A DNA stretch of 64,000 nucleotides from Planctomycetota bacterium (GTDB lineage: Bacteria > Planctomycetota > JAJSAM01 > JAJVHW01): the NCBI GenBank assembly GCA_965248445.1, contig CBDFJG010000004.1, positions 1,856,001 through 1,920,000 of the forward strand. Reading direction: 5' to 3'. The notes under the pieces were generated by a model, which was not told where the DNA came from, did not search any database, and saw nothing but the letters and a program-made list of their open reading frames with translations. A program made the translations under genes and the position numbers. This document shows positions 44,715 through 55,704 of the stretch, one piece after another; positions within the stretch are counted from its first letter, which is position 1; every line of letters begins with the position of its first letter.

Positions 44715-44885
44715 ATGGACCGCCGGACGAAGAAGCGCATCGCGGGACTCCGCACCAAACTCGACACGCTCGCGAAAAAGCTGGCCGGCGCAAAGGCGCA
44801 GGCGGACGACCCGGGGGAGGTCGGACGCGTCGAGGCCCAGATCCAGCAGGCCAGGGACGAGATCACGCGATTGAAGTCTCAGTGA
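44715..44885 (+). CDS. 56-aa coiled-coil protein (absent from ORF track)
   Basis: AGGAG SD; MDRRTKKRIAGLRTKLDTLAKKLAGAKAQADDPGEV...LKSQ; recalls a small planctomycete family (from memory, unverified). Confidence 0.75.
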   Translation: MDRRTKKRIAGLRTKLDTLAKKLAGAKAQADDPGEVGRVEAQIQQARDEITRLKSQ

Positions 44886-45090
44886 CGCCGCGTCTCTGAG
44901 CGCGCGCTGCGCGCCTGGCGTACGCCTGTAATACACCGCTGCAGTACACCGCTGACTTTCTCAGAAAGTCGAAACGAACCGCCGCCGTCGTGCGTCTGTT
45001 GAACTGGAGAGTGCGGAAGAGCGCGCCGAAGAGCGGCGGCCCGACCAGTGCACTCCAGCCGGTCCGTCTCGTTCGCCAGTCAGACTCTAT

Positions 45091-45203
45091 GGGTGGCCCC
45101 GCCATACAGGCGGCTCACCTTGAGCTTGGTTCTGGCCTCGAGTGGGATACGGGTTCCAGCCGCGGGAAGCGCCCGCGGACGATCCACTCCGGCGGGTGGC
45201 CCT
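45091..45203 (-). ncRNA. candidate short 6S-like structured RNA
   Basis: terminal pairing CCCGCC/GGCGGG; internal CCGCGGG hairpin; GAACCAAGCTCAAGGTGAGCCGCC resembles the 3' strand of 6S RNAs; lies in a ~520-bp intergenic gap. Confidence 0.4.
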
Positions 45204-45406
45204 GTCATTCATGGGCTGCCCGCTCTGTGATTCCGGCCTGCGATTCTGGGCTCCGGGCCTGCGATTCCGCGCCAGCGACCCGAACGGTCAGGCTGCCGGT
45301 CCGGTTGGACATCACATCGCTCGGGCGGAATCGAGCACGGACTCGATCAGTTTGTCGGTCTTCGAGCCGCCGTCCCCGAGCATGCGCTACCCGGGAGGAG
45401 GCACTC

Positions 45407-46639
45407 GTGAACAAGGGACCCGTGATCATCTTGGTCGTCGTCGGACTCGTGGCCGGCTACTTCATCGGCAACGTCACCGGCGGCAGCACGCCCGACGAGG
45501 GCGCCGAGACAGAAACTGCCGATCTGAGCGAGCAAGTGACCCAGCTCGAGACCGATGTCCGCGCCGCGAAGACCGGCCGCCGCGAAGCCGAGAGCGCACT
45601 ACGCGACGCGCAGCGGCGCGAGATGGAAGCGGTCTCGCGCGCCGAGACGGCAGAGACCGCTCTCGCAACAGCCGAGGCTGCGGCGGAGGCCGCCGCGGTG
45701 AGCGCGGATGCGGGCGGAGAACGGGCGCAGTCCTTCCCCGTGTTCGAGCCGACGGCGCTCGGCGCCGAGGCACTGGAAGCGCTCGCCGACACGAAGTGGG
45801 ACAAGGTCGGGGGGCACATGGCGGCGATGGTCCCCGCTCTCGTCGGCCTCGGTGCCAGCACCGTCGCCGGAACGCCCATGGATCCGGCCACGATGCAGAT
45901 CGTGCAAGAGAACAACATGCCCCTGGCGGGCACGGCGATCCGCTTGACGGGCGCCGGTGTCCCGGGCATCGGGCCGAACGGCGCCTTCACCCACCCCGCA
46001 TTCATGGTCAACGCGATGGCCGCCGCGCTCGAGGCCGCGGAACTCCCGCTCAGCGACAAGCAGAACGAACGCTTCGCGACGCTCGGCGACGACTTCGTCG
46101 GTCGCTATGCCCGGCAACTGGAAGGCCACGGAGAGGACACGCTCACGCTGCGGAAGATGATCGACGAGACCGAGCTCAAACAGGCGCTCGTGACGAAGCT
46201 GCGGCTCGAGATGACGGCCGAACAGCTCGAAGCCCTGTCACCCGAGTCCGTGCGCGATCACGTGGGCATCGACCTGTTCAGCTCCGGCATCATCTGGGTC
46301 GGACGCCTTCGGCGGTTCCGGCACACCTCTCGCGACAACCTGGTGGATCGGCTGCAGAACGAGTTGCTGGCGACCGTCCCCGAGTCGGACACCGCGCCGG
46401 CGCTGGCGGAAATCCAGACCTGGGTGGACGGCCTGTCCAACGAGTTCCTCGAACACTCGGCAGACGAACTGGAGAAGCGCGGCTGGGGCACGCTCGAGCG
46501 GACACTCGCCTGCGCGAAGCAGTTCCTCGCGCTCATCGATCGTCTGTTCGATCGGGGCCAGTTGCCGGACACGGTGAAGGCGAGCATGAGCCAGAACTCA
46601 CAGGGCACGCTGATGCTCGACCGCCCCGCCACGGAGTGA
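45407..46639 (+). CDS. membrane-anchored coiled-coil hypothetical protein
   Basis: GGAGGAGG SD, GTG start, N-terminal TM helix, coiled coil. Confidence 0.75.
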   Translation: MNKGPVIILVVVGLVAGYFIGNVTGGSTPDEGAETETADLSEQVTQLETDVRAAKTGRREAESALRDAQRREMEAVSRAETAETALATAEAAAEAAAVSADAGGERAQSFPVFEPTALGAEALEALADTKWDKVGGHMAAMVPALVGLGASTVAGTPMDPATMQIVQENNMPLAGTAIRLTGAGVPGIGPNGAFTHPAFMVNAMAAALEAAELPLSDKQNERFATLGDDFVGRYARQLEGHGEDTLTLRKMIDETELKQALVTKLRLEMTAEQLEALSPESVRDHVGIDLFSSGIIWVGRLRRFRHTSRDNLVDRLQNELLATVPESDTAPALAEIQTWVDGLSNEFLEHSADELEKRGWGTLERTLACAKQFLALIDRLFDRGQLPDTVKASMSQNSQGTLMLDRPATE

Positions 46640-46643
46640 AGCG

Positions 46644-46988
46644 GTGACGAAGGCCGTCGACTGGTACTACCACCGCAACTCGTGAACGGGCTGCAAGCGC
46701 TCCGACGCGTTCATCGACGCGCGCGGCGTAACCGTCCGTGAGACGGTCAATGCGCACCGCCGCAAGTTCACCGCTGAGGAACTGAGCGGTCTGTTCCAGG
46801 GCGCTACGGCACTCCACGCCGCGCGCGGCAAGTCGGTGGTCTCGTTCGACCCGCGCAGCGACGGCGCCGACGAGATCGCGGCGAAGGTGCTCGGACGGTC
46901 CGGCACGCTGCGCGCCCCCGCGGCCCGCGTGGGCACGACGTGTCTCGTCGGGTTTCACGAAGAGATGTGGGCCCGCGTGATCGGCTGA
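46644..46988 (+). CDS. ArsC-family/thioredoxin-fold selenoprotein (UxxC; TGA at 46683-46685), 114 aa
   Basis: MTKAVDWYYHRNS-U-TGCKRS...VLGRSGTLRAPAARVGTTCLVGF; GGAG SD; frame open for 100 codons after the TGA. Confidence 0.8.
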
Positions 46989-46995
46989 CGCTGCG

Positions 46996-48474
46996 TCAGC
47001 GCGCAATCAGCGCGTCGCGATGCCGGTGCCACTTCGCGAGCAGCACGTCGGCGTCCTCGCCGTAGACCCGCGCGAGGTCGGCGAACGAGTCGCCGCCCGA
47101 ACCGCGACTCGGACCGCGGCCAGGACGACGGCTCGACATCAGACTCGTCAGCCGTTCGAGCGCCTTCGAACGGGTCTCCCCCCGGCGCTCGACGAGGTAG
47201 TGCACGAGCGACCATGACTCCGCGTACGCGAGACGGGCACCGGGACCGGAAAACGACCGGGTCGCCCAGCTGAGAAGATCGCGATCTGCGTGGAAGCTGC
47301 CCGCCACCTGCGCCGCGCGCAGCGTGGCGATGAGATCCTCCCGCCTCTCACCGAGTGACGGGGTCCGACCCGACAGATCGAACTCGAGGTACGTGGCAAA
47401 GCCCTCGTCGAGCCACATCGGCGGGACCATCGAACGTCCGTCCAGCGCAGCGTGGACGAGTTCGTGCGACACGGAACGGAGGAGCGTCGGCGACGGCCAT
47501 GCGGCGTGGATCACCAGCTTGGCCGACGCGTTGTCGCGCCCACCGCGTCGGCCGGAGCCCCGCGTGAAGCGGCGTTCCATGAATGCGCGCCCGACACTGC
47601 TCCCGGGGAACTTCACGCGACGCGTCGCCTCGTGTTCCTCAAACGTCCGGGTCAATCTGAGCACGAGCCCGTCACGCGGTAGCGCCGCCACGTGTTTCTC
47701 GGCGTGTTCGACCGCCCGCTCGATCAGCCGGCGCATCTTGTCAGGGAGCTTCGGACCGAGACTCGACTCGACGCGGACCCCGGCGACTTCGAACGTCCAC
47801 GCGATGCCGGCCTTCGGCTTGCGGCCGCGGGATCCGTCGAGCGCGAGATCCACGAGGTCGAGCCCGTGATCCACATCGCCCGCCGACGCCCCGGACTGAC
47901 CCGCACGGCGGAACGCCGAACGCGCGCGGGCGAGGTCGTGCCGCGCGTACTCGATGTACCCCATCTCGAGCTGGCACCACGCCGGATCGATCCCCGCGGA
48001 CAACGCGCGCCGGACGACCTTCAGCGCTTCGAAGTACTTCAGCCGGCCGCGCTCGGCCAGCGAGAGGTTCTTCCAGGCGCCGACCTGTTTCGGGTCGAGC
48101 TTCACAGCTCGTTCGAGTGACGACACGGCGTAGTCGAATTGTCCGTAGCGAAGTTGCACTGCGCCGAGTTGGGCGTGCCCCCACCCGTGGTTCGGCTGGA
48201 GGGCGACGAGGCGTTCGTATTGGACACCGGCCTGCTGGTGACTCCCGAGCCGATGGTGCGCGTACCCGCGGTACTCGAGCGCCACCACGTTGTCGGCATC
48301 GAGCGAGAGCAGGTTCTGTGTCCGGTTCAGAATCACCGTGAACCGGCCCGCGTCTGCCAGTGCCCGCAGTTCGGCCCGCAACGCGGCATCGGGGGTCTCC
48401 GCCTGCGCCACCCCGCCGAGGGCGGCCACCACGGCCAGGAGGGCGAGGGCGAACAGTGCGCGGGTCGGTCTCAT
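46996..48474 (-). CDS. secreted TPR protein with zincin-like metallopeptidase domain
   Basis: signal peptide, TPRs, HELVH...WLDEGFATY, YAESWSLVHYL. Confidence 0.8.
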   Translation of the reverse strand: MRPTRALFALALLAVVAALGGVAQAETPDAALRAELRALADAGRFTVILNRTQNLLSLDADNVVALEYRGYAHHRLGSHQQAGVQYERLVALQPNHGWGHAQLGAVQLRYGQFDYAVSSLERAVKLDPKQVGAWKNLSLAERGRLKYFEALKVVRRALSAGIDPAWCQLEMGYIEYARHDLARARSAFRRAGQSGASAGDVDHGLDLVDLALDGSRGRKPKAGIAWTFEVAGVRVESSLGPKLPDKMRRLIERAVEHAEKHVAALPRDGLVLRLTRTFEEHEATRRVKFPGSSVGRAFMERRFTRGSGRRGGRDNASAKLVIHAAWPSPTLLRSVSHELVHAALDGRSMVPPMWLDEGFATYLEFDLSGRTPSLGERREDLIATLRAAQVAGSFHADRDLLSWATRSFSGPGARLAYAESWSLVHYLVERRGETRSKALERLTSLMSSRRPGRGPSRGSGGDSFADLARVYGEDADVLLAKWHRHRDALIAR

Positions 48475-48501
48475 GGCCTGTAGGGAGCGTACACTCTCCG
48501 G

Positions 48502-50136
48502 ATGAACGCACCCCGAGGCAGGTTGTTCCGGCGGATCGCCGGAACGCTGCTCGTGCTCTTCCTCGGCGGACTGGCCGTGAGCGCGGCAACGATCACGCTC
48601 CGCGGCGTGTTCTCCCCACCGGGAGACGCCACCGGCGCCGGTGAGACGGCGGACGGTGCGCCGGACCCGGAGATGGGCACGCGCCGTGAGCGCGTGCGGG
48701 TCACCCGTGCGACCGACGATGCAACAGCCCGTGCCGCGGCGGCATCGATCGACCGTCCCGGCGAGGAGCGCGCGACCGCTGAGCAACCGATCGTCGTCCT
48801 GGTCGCGACCGCCTCGGGCCAGCCGTTGCGTGGCCGCCTCGGCACGCGGGGCCGATCGCCGGACGGCAACGATGCGAACGTCCGCAAGGGAGGGCCGCGA
48901 TCCGTGCTCCCCGGCCGTCCCCCCGAGCTCGAGCTGAACGCATTCGTCGCCGCGGGACCGAGCGCGCCGGTGGATGCCGTCGAACTGGTGGGCAACAGGC
49001 ATCCGAAGCTCGAGGAGGGACTTCCGGTCGCGCTCACCGGACGGGTCGTGGACCTCGAACGCGGCGCGCCCATTTCCGGCGCGGCCGTCCACGTGACGTC
49101 GACGTTCTACGTGCGCAGATACCAGTACGACCACCACCTGCGCGAGGTCGCGCGCGTGCTGACCAACGCGAAGGGCGAGTACGAGATCCGCCGGCTGAAC
49201 GCCGATCCCGCCCACTTCGGTGAGGATGGTCGGATCGTGATCACGGTGCGCGCCGGGGGGTTCGCAGGGGCGGAGGCCATCCCGCTCGAGAACGTCAAGG
49301 CGGGGTTCGAAAGCGAACTGCCCGACGTCGTTCTCTCGCGCGAGACGCACGTGCTACGCGGCCGCGTCACCGACCATCACCAGAATCTCCCCGTCGAGGG
49401 AGCGCGCGTCGTCGCGACGGGCTCGGTCGACCCGGTCTCGTATCCGAAGGACCAGCGCGACGCGCTGTTCCTCGGCGCACCGGAGACCGTGACCGACGCA
49501 GACGGCCGTTTCGAGCTGAAGGGCCTCGGACCCGGCAAGCAGTGGGTGTCGCTGCACTACGGGAACGACTGCATCTCGAATCAGCTGTTCGAAGTTCCGA
49601 AACAGAACGACGTCACAATGCGGTCCCACCCGGCGCGTGGACGGATCACCGGCCGCGTAGTGGACATTGACGGCGTGCCCGTGTCGCTTGCAGTGATCGG
49701 CGGCGGTTGGAACAGCACGCACTCGTTTGCGGAGGGCGACTTCGTGCTCGAGAACTTCCATGGCGATCCCGTCGACCTGGACGTCGCACACCCGGACTAT
49801 CTGCCGGTGAAGCTGGGCGGCATCGCGGACGGGACAGAGGAACTGACGATCCGCCTCGAGAGGCGGCAGCCCCGCGTGCGACTGGACGTCCGCGACGCCG
49901 TGAGCGGGAAGTCGCTCCGGCACGTCACGGTGGAACTGCTCGCCAACGATGGCTCGGCGGTGCCGCTCACTTCCTCGCCCCACTACCTCGACGAGACGGG
50001 AGTGCACGAGGTGGTCCTGCCGGCCGAAATTGCGACGATCCGCGTCAGCGCGGCCGGGCACGAACTGCAGACTGCCGACGTGCGCGATCTGCGGGACGGC
50101 GACGAACGGACCCTCGTCCTCCGCCGCACGCAGTAG
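48502..50136 (+). CDS. carboxypeptidase-regulatory-like repeat protein
   Basis: repeats of GRVVD...PxxGAxV...TDxxGxF. Confidence 0.75.
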   Translation: MNAPRGRLFRRIAGTLLVLFLGGLAVSAATITLRGVFSPPGDATGAGETADGAPDPEMGTRRERVRVTRATDDATARAAAASIDRPGEERATAEQPIVVLVATASGQPLRGRLGTRGRSPDGNDANVRKGGPRSVLPGRPPELELNAFVAAGPSAPVDAVELVGNRHPKLEEGLPVALTGRVVDLERGAPISGAAVHVTSTFYVRRYQYDHHLREVARVLTNAKGEYEIRRLNADPAHFGEDGRIVITVRAGGFAGAEAIPLENVKAGFESELPDVVLSRETHVLRGRVTDHHQNLPVEGARVVATGSVDPVSYPKDQRDALFLGAPETVTDADGRFELKGLGPGKQWVSLHYGNDCISNQLFEVPKQNDVTMRSHPARGRITGRVVDIDGVPVSLAVIGGGWNSTHSFAEGDFVLENFHGDPVDLDVAHPDYLPVKLGGIADGTEELTIRLERRQPRVRLDVRDAVSGKSLRHVTVELLANDGSAVPLTSSPHYLDETGVHEVVLPAEIATIRVSAAGHELQTADVRDLRDGDERTLVLRRTQ

Positions 50137-50224
50137 TCCCGGAATCTCGGAGACTCTGGAATCCTGGCCGCCCGCAGCACGGGGAAGAGAACCTGCGGCA
50201 CCGCAGCAATGCAGGAGAAGAGCC

Positions 50225-51202
<978 letters not shown>

Positions 51203-51241
51203 GTGCGACCGGCCCCGGCAGTTCGAGTCCGATACCGCCGA

Positions 51242-51268
51242 TGTAACCCCGCGCGCCCCCCGAGCGTC
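51242..51268 (+). promoter_or_regulatory. candidate ECF-sigma promoter
   Basis: TGTAAC-N17-CGTC upstream of the gene at 51392. Confidence 0.4.
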
Positions 51269-51391
51269 CTCCCCCTGAAGGGTGGGTGGGGGTTTGGGAT
51301 GGCCTCGCACCACGCGCCCGCACCTCCTGGGCATCCGCACCTCCTGGAAACCGCTGGTAGGTTGGATCACGACGTTGACCGGAGACACGAC

Positions 51392-52294
51392 ATGCGCGCT
51401 TCCATCACCTTGCTGCTGACCACTCTCGCCCTGGCGCTCGCATCGGTCGCCGGCCCGGCGCCCGCCGTGGCCAAGGGCAATCCACTGTCCGTCGCGCGCA
51501 AGCAGACGGTCGTCGACTTCAAGCAGACCACGAAGGAGGCGGAGAAGACCTTCAACGCCGCTGTCGCCAACCTCACCAAGGGCCTCTCCAAGGGCACCAC
51601 CGACGCCGAGGCCGCGGCAACCGGATTTGGCGCTGCGCTGGGATTCTACGCGTCGAGTCTCGTGTCCGCCGCAGATGACGCCGCCACCGAAGGCGCCGAT
51701 ACACTCTCGATCGTGATGGCGGAGGCCGGCGACGACGACCTCGACGGCGCTCAGGGCGGCGACGGCGGGCAACTCGACGGGCTCTTCGCCGACCTGCAGA
51801 AGGAGCTCGACCGCCTCCGCAAGCGCGCACTCAAGCGCTCCCGGAAGTTCACGAAGACGTTCGCGAAGAAGGGTGGTTCGTTCGCGCGCATGCGCGTGGT
51901 GCTGGCCGCGTGGACGCTCGATCCGCGCGCGGTGCCCACTGCCGGCGGCGCGGACCTCGTCGGTGAGCGGCGCCTGCAGTTCCTCGGAGCGGTGGCGTCA
52001 CGCCTGAACGACAGCCGCGTGATCGTGAGTGCGTTCGGTGCTGCGGATCCGACGCACTCCGAGCAGTTCGACGTGCGGATCTCCGGGCCGCAGCAGCTCG
52101 GTATCGGCGAGTTCGTCTCCGACGGGGGCATGCCCGTCGGACTCGACGGCCGGTGGCTGCAGACCGTGGATCTGGGCACCGGACCCGCTCCTGGAAACCG
52201 ATCCGTGCTGCTGGGCACCGAGCCCGAGGATCTGGGCCTCGCAGGGCTGCAGCCGACGCGGCTCGTACACGCCGGGACACTGAGCATCCCCTGA
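51392..52294 (+). CDS. secreted hypothetical protein
   Basis: GGAG SD; signal peptide MRASITLLLTTLALALA. Confidence 0.75.
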   Translation: MRASITLLLTTLALALASVAGPAPAVAKGNPLSVARKQTVVDFKQTTKEAEKTFNAAVANLTKGLSKGTTDAEAAATGFGAALGFYASSLVSAADDAATEGADTLSIVMAEAGDDDLDGAQGGDGGQLDGLFADLQKELDRLRKRALKRSRKFTKTFAKKGGSFARMRVVLAAWTLDPRAVPTAGGADLVGERRLQFLGAVASRLNDSRVIVSAFGAADPTHSEQFDVRISGPQQLGIGEFVSDGGMPVGLDGRWLQTVDLGTGPAPGNRSVLLGTEPEDLGLAGLQPTRLVHAGTLSIP

Positions 52295-52318
52295 TCGGCG
52301 CGGACGCCGTGCTCGCGG

Positions 52319-53224
52319 TCAGTCGGGGAACGAGATCGTCGCGAGGAGCGGGGCGGTCTCGGGGTCTTCCTGCGTGCGCACCCACTGCGTCACGGGGTCC
52401 TCGCCCTCCTCGGGATCGAACATGTCGATCACCTCGAAGTTGAGCGTGATGTTCTTGCCCTTGATGTAGTAGTTCCGCCGCCGGATGGTCTTCTCCAGAT
52501 CGACGTCGAAGCCCTGCACGTAGTAGTAGTACGAGCGCGTGATCTCCTTGTTGAGGCGCTTCGTCTGCACCTTCGTACTCGCCTTGCGACCCTTCTTGGA
52601 CATCGAGTCGCGGTCCAGTTCGTGCATTTCCTTGGCGAGCTTCTTGTAGTTCTCTCCGCCGACGCCCGAGTAGATGGTGTCCCAGCGATACGCCCACACC
52701 TTGATGTGGCGTACGGTGTCGCCGTCGGGCGTCTTCCGGTAGATCTGCGTGGCGAGCTGATCGCCGTCTCCGCGGCCCGGCGTCCACAAGCCACTGTACG
52801 GCACCCCGAACCTTGCGCCCCGCACCTGCAGGAAGGGCCTGAGGGCGTACCGGTCCTTGGGCTTCAGACCGTGGTAGTGGGAGACGGTGAGGAGTTCGTT
52901 CCACATGCTCGCAAGGCGGCCGGCCCCGCGAGGAGTCTCGATGCCGCTCCCCTTGGGCGCGGCGTACGCCGTCACCACGGCCTTCGCTGCATCGCGGTGC
53001 GTGTCGAGCAGCGCCTTCAACTGCTTCTTCACGTCGCCATCGCCCTGCTTCACGGTCCGCGCCTTCTTGATGATCTCCGTTGCGGCGGCGATCGGGTCCA
53101 CCGCTTCGGCGGCGTCGCCCTCCTCGGCGTGCGCGGGGCCGAACAGCAGCGCAGCGGCCAGGCACAGTCCGAGTGTTCCGCTCCACCAGAGTCGTGGCTT
53201 CAATCGCATCCCGATCTCCCTCAC
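52319..53224 (-). CDS. secreted hypothetical protein
   Basis: signal peptide ending AHA-EE; overlaps the VWA gene stop; alternative start ATG 53209. Confidence 0.75.
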   Translation of the reverse strand: MREIGMRLKPRLWWSGTLGLCLAAALLFGPAHAEEGDAAEAVDPIAAATEIIKKARTVKQGDGDVKKQLKALLDTHRDAAKAVVTAYAAPKGSGIETPRGAGRLASMWNELLTVSHYHGLKPKDRYALRPFLQVRGARFGVPYSGLWTPGRGDGDQLATQIYRKTPDGDTVRHIKVWAYRWDTIYSGVGGENYKKLAKEMHELDRDSMSKKGRKASTKVQTKRLNKEITRSYYYYVQGFDVDLEKTIRRRNYYIKGKNITLNFEVIDMFDPEEGEDPVTQWVRTQEDPETAPLLATISFPD

Positions 53225-54762
53225 TTCGTGACGTGCACGAACGTCCCGCCGTTCTGTTTGGCGAGCTTCTCCATCAGATCCGTGTCGCCGTCGTTGCCGA
53301 GGACGACCGTGTGCACACGTAGGAACTCATCCGTGTTGGCTCGCTTGACCTCTTCAAGTATCTGCGACGTCTCCGAGATCGGACCGCAGTTCGGCGAGCC
53401 GTCCGTCAGCACGACCAGTGTGTCCGCCACCGCGGAGTCCCGCATCGGACTGCTCGGCTTCGTGTCCTCGAGCGCACTCAGGAGGGCACCCGACAGGTTG
53501 GTCGATCCCTCCATCCGAAGCTTGGTGATCCAACGCTTCGCCTTGGCCAGGTTGGCCGCGCTCGCCTGGACGAGCCGCGGGGAGTAGCGGTCGAGGTCCG
53601 TGCCGTAGACCACGATGTTGAAGCTCGCCGCGGGTTCGAGACCCTCGAGCGCCGAGATCAGCTCACGCTTGGCCCGGTCGATGCGACGCTCGCGCCCGGT
53701 CCCACCGCCGCCGGGCAGGTCCTCGCTCATGCTCCAGCTGCGGTCGAGCACGAACAGCACCCGCGCCGACCGCAGCCGCAGCCCGAAGTACCGGGAGGTG
53801 CGCGCTCCCTCGAAGTCCGTGGCGTCCGCGGCCGCTACCGGGCGATCCCACGATGCACGCGCGCCCGCCCACCACTCGTTCCACGCGCGGGGATCGTCTC
53901 CGAGCGTCTGACCGGTGATCCGGCGCAGCAGACTCACGAGCAGGTCGTCGACGCGTCCCACCTCGTCGCCGACCCGGCCGATCATCACGTCCAGAGCGCC
54001 CTTCGACCGGCGTGCCGCCAACAGACGGTACGCGTGTCTTCTGATGACGGGATCTTCGCTGTCCACCAGCGGGCCCACCGGAGCCAGGTCGAGCGTGTCC
54101 GGTACGGAACTGAGCGCCACGAGCGCTGCTGCAACGATGTCCCGCTGCTGCGAGGTCGCGGCCAACTCGTGAAGTTGCGTCGCGAGGGCGCGTGCCGGCT
54201 CGCCGCGCAGCGCGGCAATCACCGCGCCCTTCGCCTGGTCACCTCGGGCCGTGGACCAGCGGCGTCGCAGCTTCTCGGCGATCTCTGCGCCGTACTCCGG
54301 CGACATCGGCGCGCAGCCCTCCGCGATCTCCGCGGCGCCGTCGCGAAACGCCGTGAACTCCGACCAGTCTCTCCTCAGCACCTTACCGATCTCGCGGTTC
54401 TCGATCTCGAGCTCGCGGTACTCGGTGTACTTGTCACGCGGTAGCTCGTACCGGGTGACATGCTTCTTGAAGAAGCGGAACAGCTTCGTGCCCTGTGCGT
54501 CGCGCTTCTTGAGCGTCGCGCGATATCGCCTGTGCGCCGCGACGATCCCGTCCACGGCGATCAGCAGCGAATCGGGCGTGGGATGTTCGCGCAGCATCTG
54601 CGCGAGTTCGAGTCGCTCGTCCGGTGTGCCGGCAGAGAGCACACGCTTGGCGGCGCGCGGCTCCAGCGCGTCGTCGGACGCACGGGCAAACGCGGGAACG
54701 AAACACGCCAGCAGCAGAGCCGCCGCGGCGAAGCGCACGATGAACTCACCCACCAGCCTCAA
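53221..54762 (-). CDS. secreted HEAT-repeat/VWA domain protein
   Basis: MIDAS DRSWSM, GSTN, LTDG; WNEWW linker; start approximate. Confidence 0.85.
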   Translation of the reverse strand: MRLVGEFIVRFAAAALLLACFVPAFARASDDALEPRAAKRVLSAGTPDERLELAQMLREHPTPDSLLIAVDGIVAAHRRYRATLKKRDAQGTKLFRFFKKHVTRYELPRDKYTEYRELEIENREIGKVLRRDWSEFTAFRDGAAEIAEGCAPMSPEYGAEIAEKLRRRWSTARGDQAKGAVIAALRGEPARALATQLHELAATSQQRDIVAAALVALSSVPDTLDLAPVGPLVDSEDPVIRRHAYRLLAARRSKGALDVMIGRVGDEVGRVDDLLVSLLRRITGQTLGDDPRAWNEWWAGARASWDRPVAAADATDFEGARTSRYFGLRLRSARVLFVLDRSWSMSEDLPGGGGTGRERRIDRAKRELISALEGLEPAASFNIVVYGTDLDRYSPRLVQASAANLAKAKRWITKLRMEGSTNLSGALLSALEDTKPSSPMRDSAVADTLVVLTDGSPNCGPISETSQILEEVKRANTDEFLRVHTVVLGNDGDTDLMEKLAKQNGGTFVHVTK

Positions 54763-54837
54763 GTCTACTGCGCGCAGCTACAAGCCTGCGACCTGTGCCG
54801 CTCAACCACCGGACAGTTGACGCACAGGAGGTCTCGC

Positions 54838-54863
54838 CGTAACTTCTTGACTTCGGGTTCGTT
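54838..54863 (+). promoter_or_regulatory. candidate ECF-sigma promoter
   Basis: CGTAAC-N16-CGTT about 20 nt before the GAGGAGG SD/ATG at 54885. Confidence 0.35.
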
Positions 54864-54884
54864 CACCGCAAAGAGGAGGCTCTG

Positions 54885-55685
54885 ATGCGTATTCGGAAGT
54901 GGGAGTGGGCGTTTGTGGCCTTGGTGGCCGTCGCTTCGTATGGGATTTCGTTCTCGGCGGCGGCTGGCGCATTGGGCGGCCGTGGTGGCAAGCAGGGATC
55001 TAGCTATGGGCGCGATGGGGAGGCTGGTGACCAGGGCAGCAGCGGTTCACCCGGAGCCGGAGGCGTCAAGGGGGCCCACGGATCTGACGCCAACATCTTC
55101 GCTGCTGCGGACCACAAGGGAAATGACGAGGTCGCGTGGGCCTATGGTGCGCACGCGGGGCTAGCCGGGAACGGCACACACGGCGGAACCGGGACCGGTG
55201 ACTCGGGAGGCGGAGGCGGCGGGTGTGGGGGCAATGGTGGCCGCGGACAGGACGCAGACGCTTCCTGTGGCGACGACACAGCCGCCCCGCCACCCGCGGC
55301 CGCCAGTGCGTACGCAGGGAACGGCACGGACGGCGGCGATGGGGGCAATGGTGGCGACGCGTGGGACGGCGACGCCGGAGATGGCGGCGACGGTGGAGAA
55401 GAGGGTGACGGTGGAAACGCTGAAGCCGTCGCTGGGGCTGGCGCGGTACCGACGGCAATCGGTGGTGACGATGGATACACCGGCGACGGTGGTGATGGGG
55501 GTTCCTGTAATGACGGGCACGGAGGAGACGGAGGCGACGTTCACGCCGGTGGCAGCGGCGGCGGGTACTCGTGGGAGAACGGCGTGCAGAACCCCAACAA
55601 CGATGGGGCCCCAGCTGGCCAGGGGCAGGGCGGAAGCAAGGGCACCGGTGGTCAGTCGGAAGGGGCGGATGGCGAGGTCATGTAG
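54885..55685 (+). CDS. secreted glycine-rich repeat protein (GGxGGxGG)
   Basis: GAGGAGG SD, signal peptide, GGDGG/GGNGG repeats. Confidence 0.7.
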   Translation: MRIRKWEWAFVALVAVASYGISFSAAAGALGGRGGKQGSSYGRDGEAGDQGSSGSPGAGGVKGAHGSDANIFAAADHKGNDEVAWAYGAHAGLAGNGTHGGTGTGDSGGGGGGCGGNGGRGQDADASCGDDTAAPPPAAASAYAGNGTDGGDGGNGGDAWDGDAGDGGDGGEEGDGGNAEAVAGAGAVPTAIGGDDGYTGDGGDGGSCNDGHGGDGGDVHAGGSGGGYSWENGVQNPNNDGAPAGQGQGGSKGTGGQSEGADGEVM

Positions 55686-55704
55686 CCACTAGAGACACTC
55701 AGTT

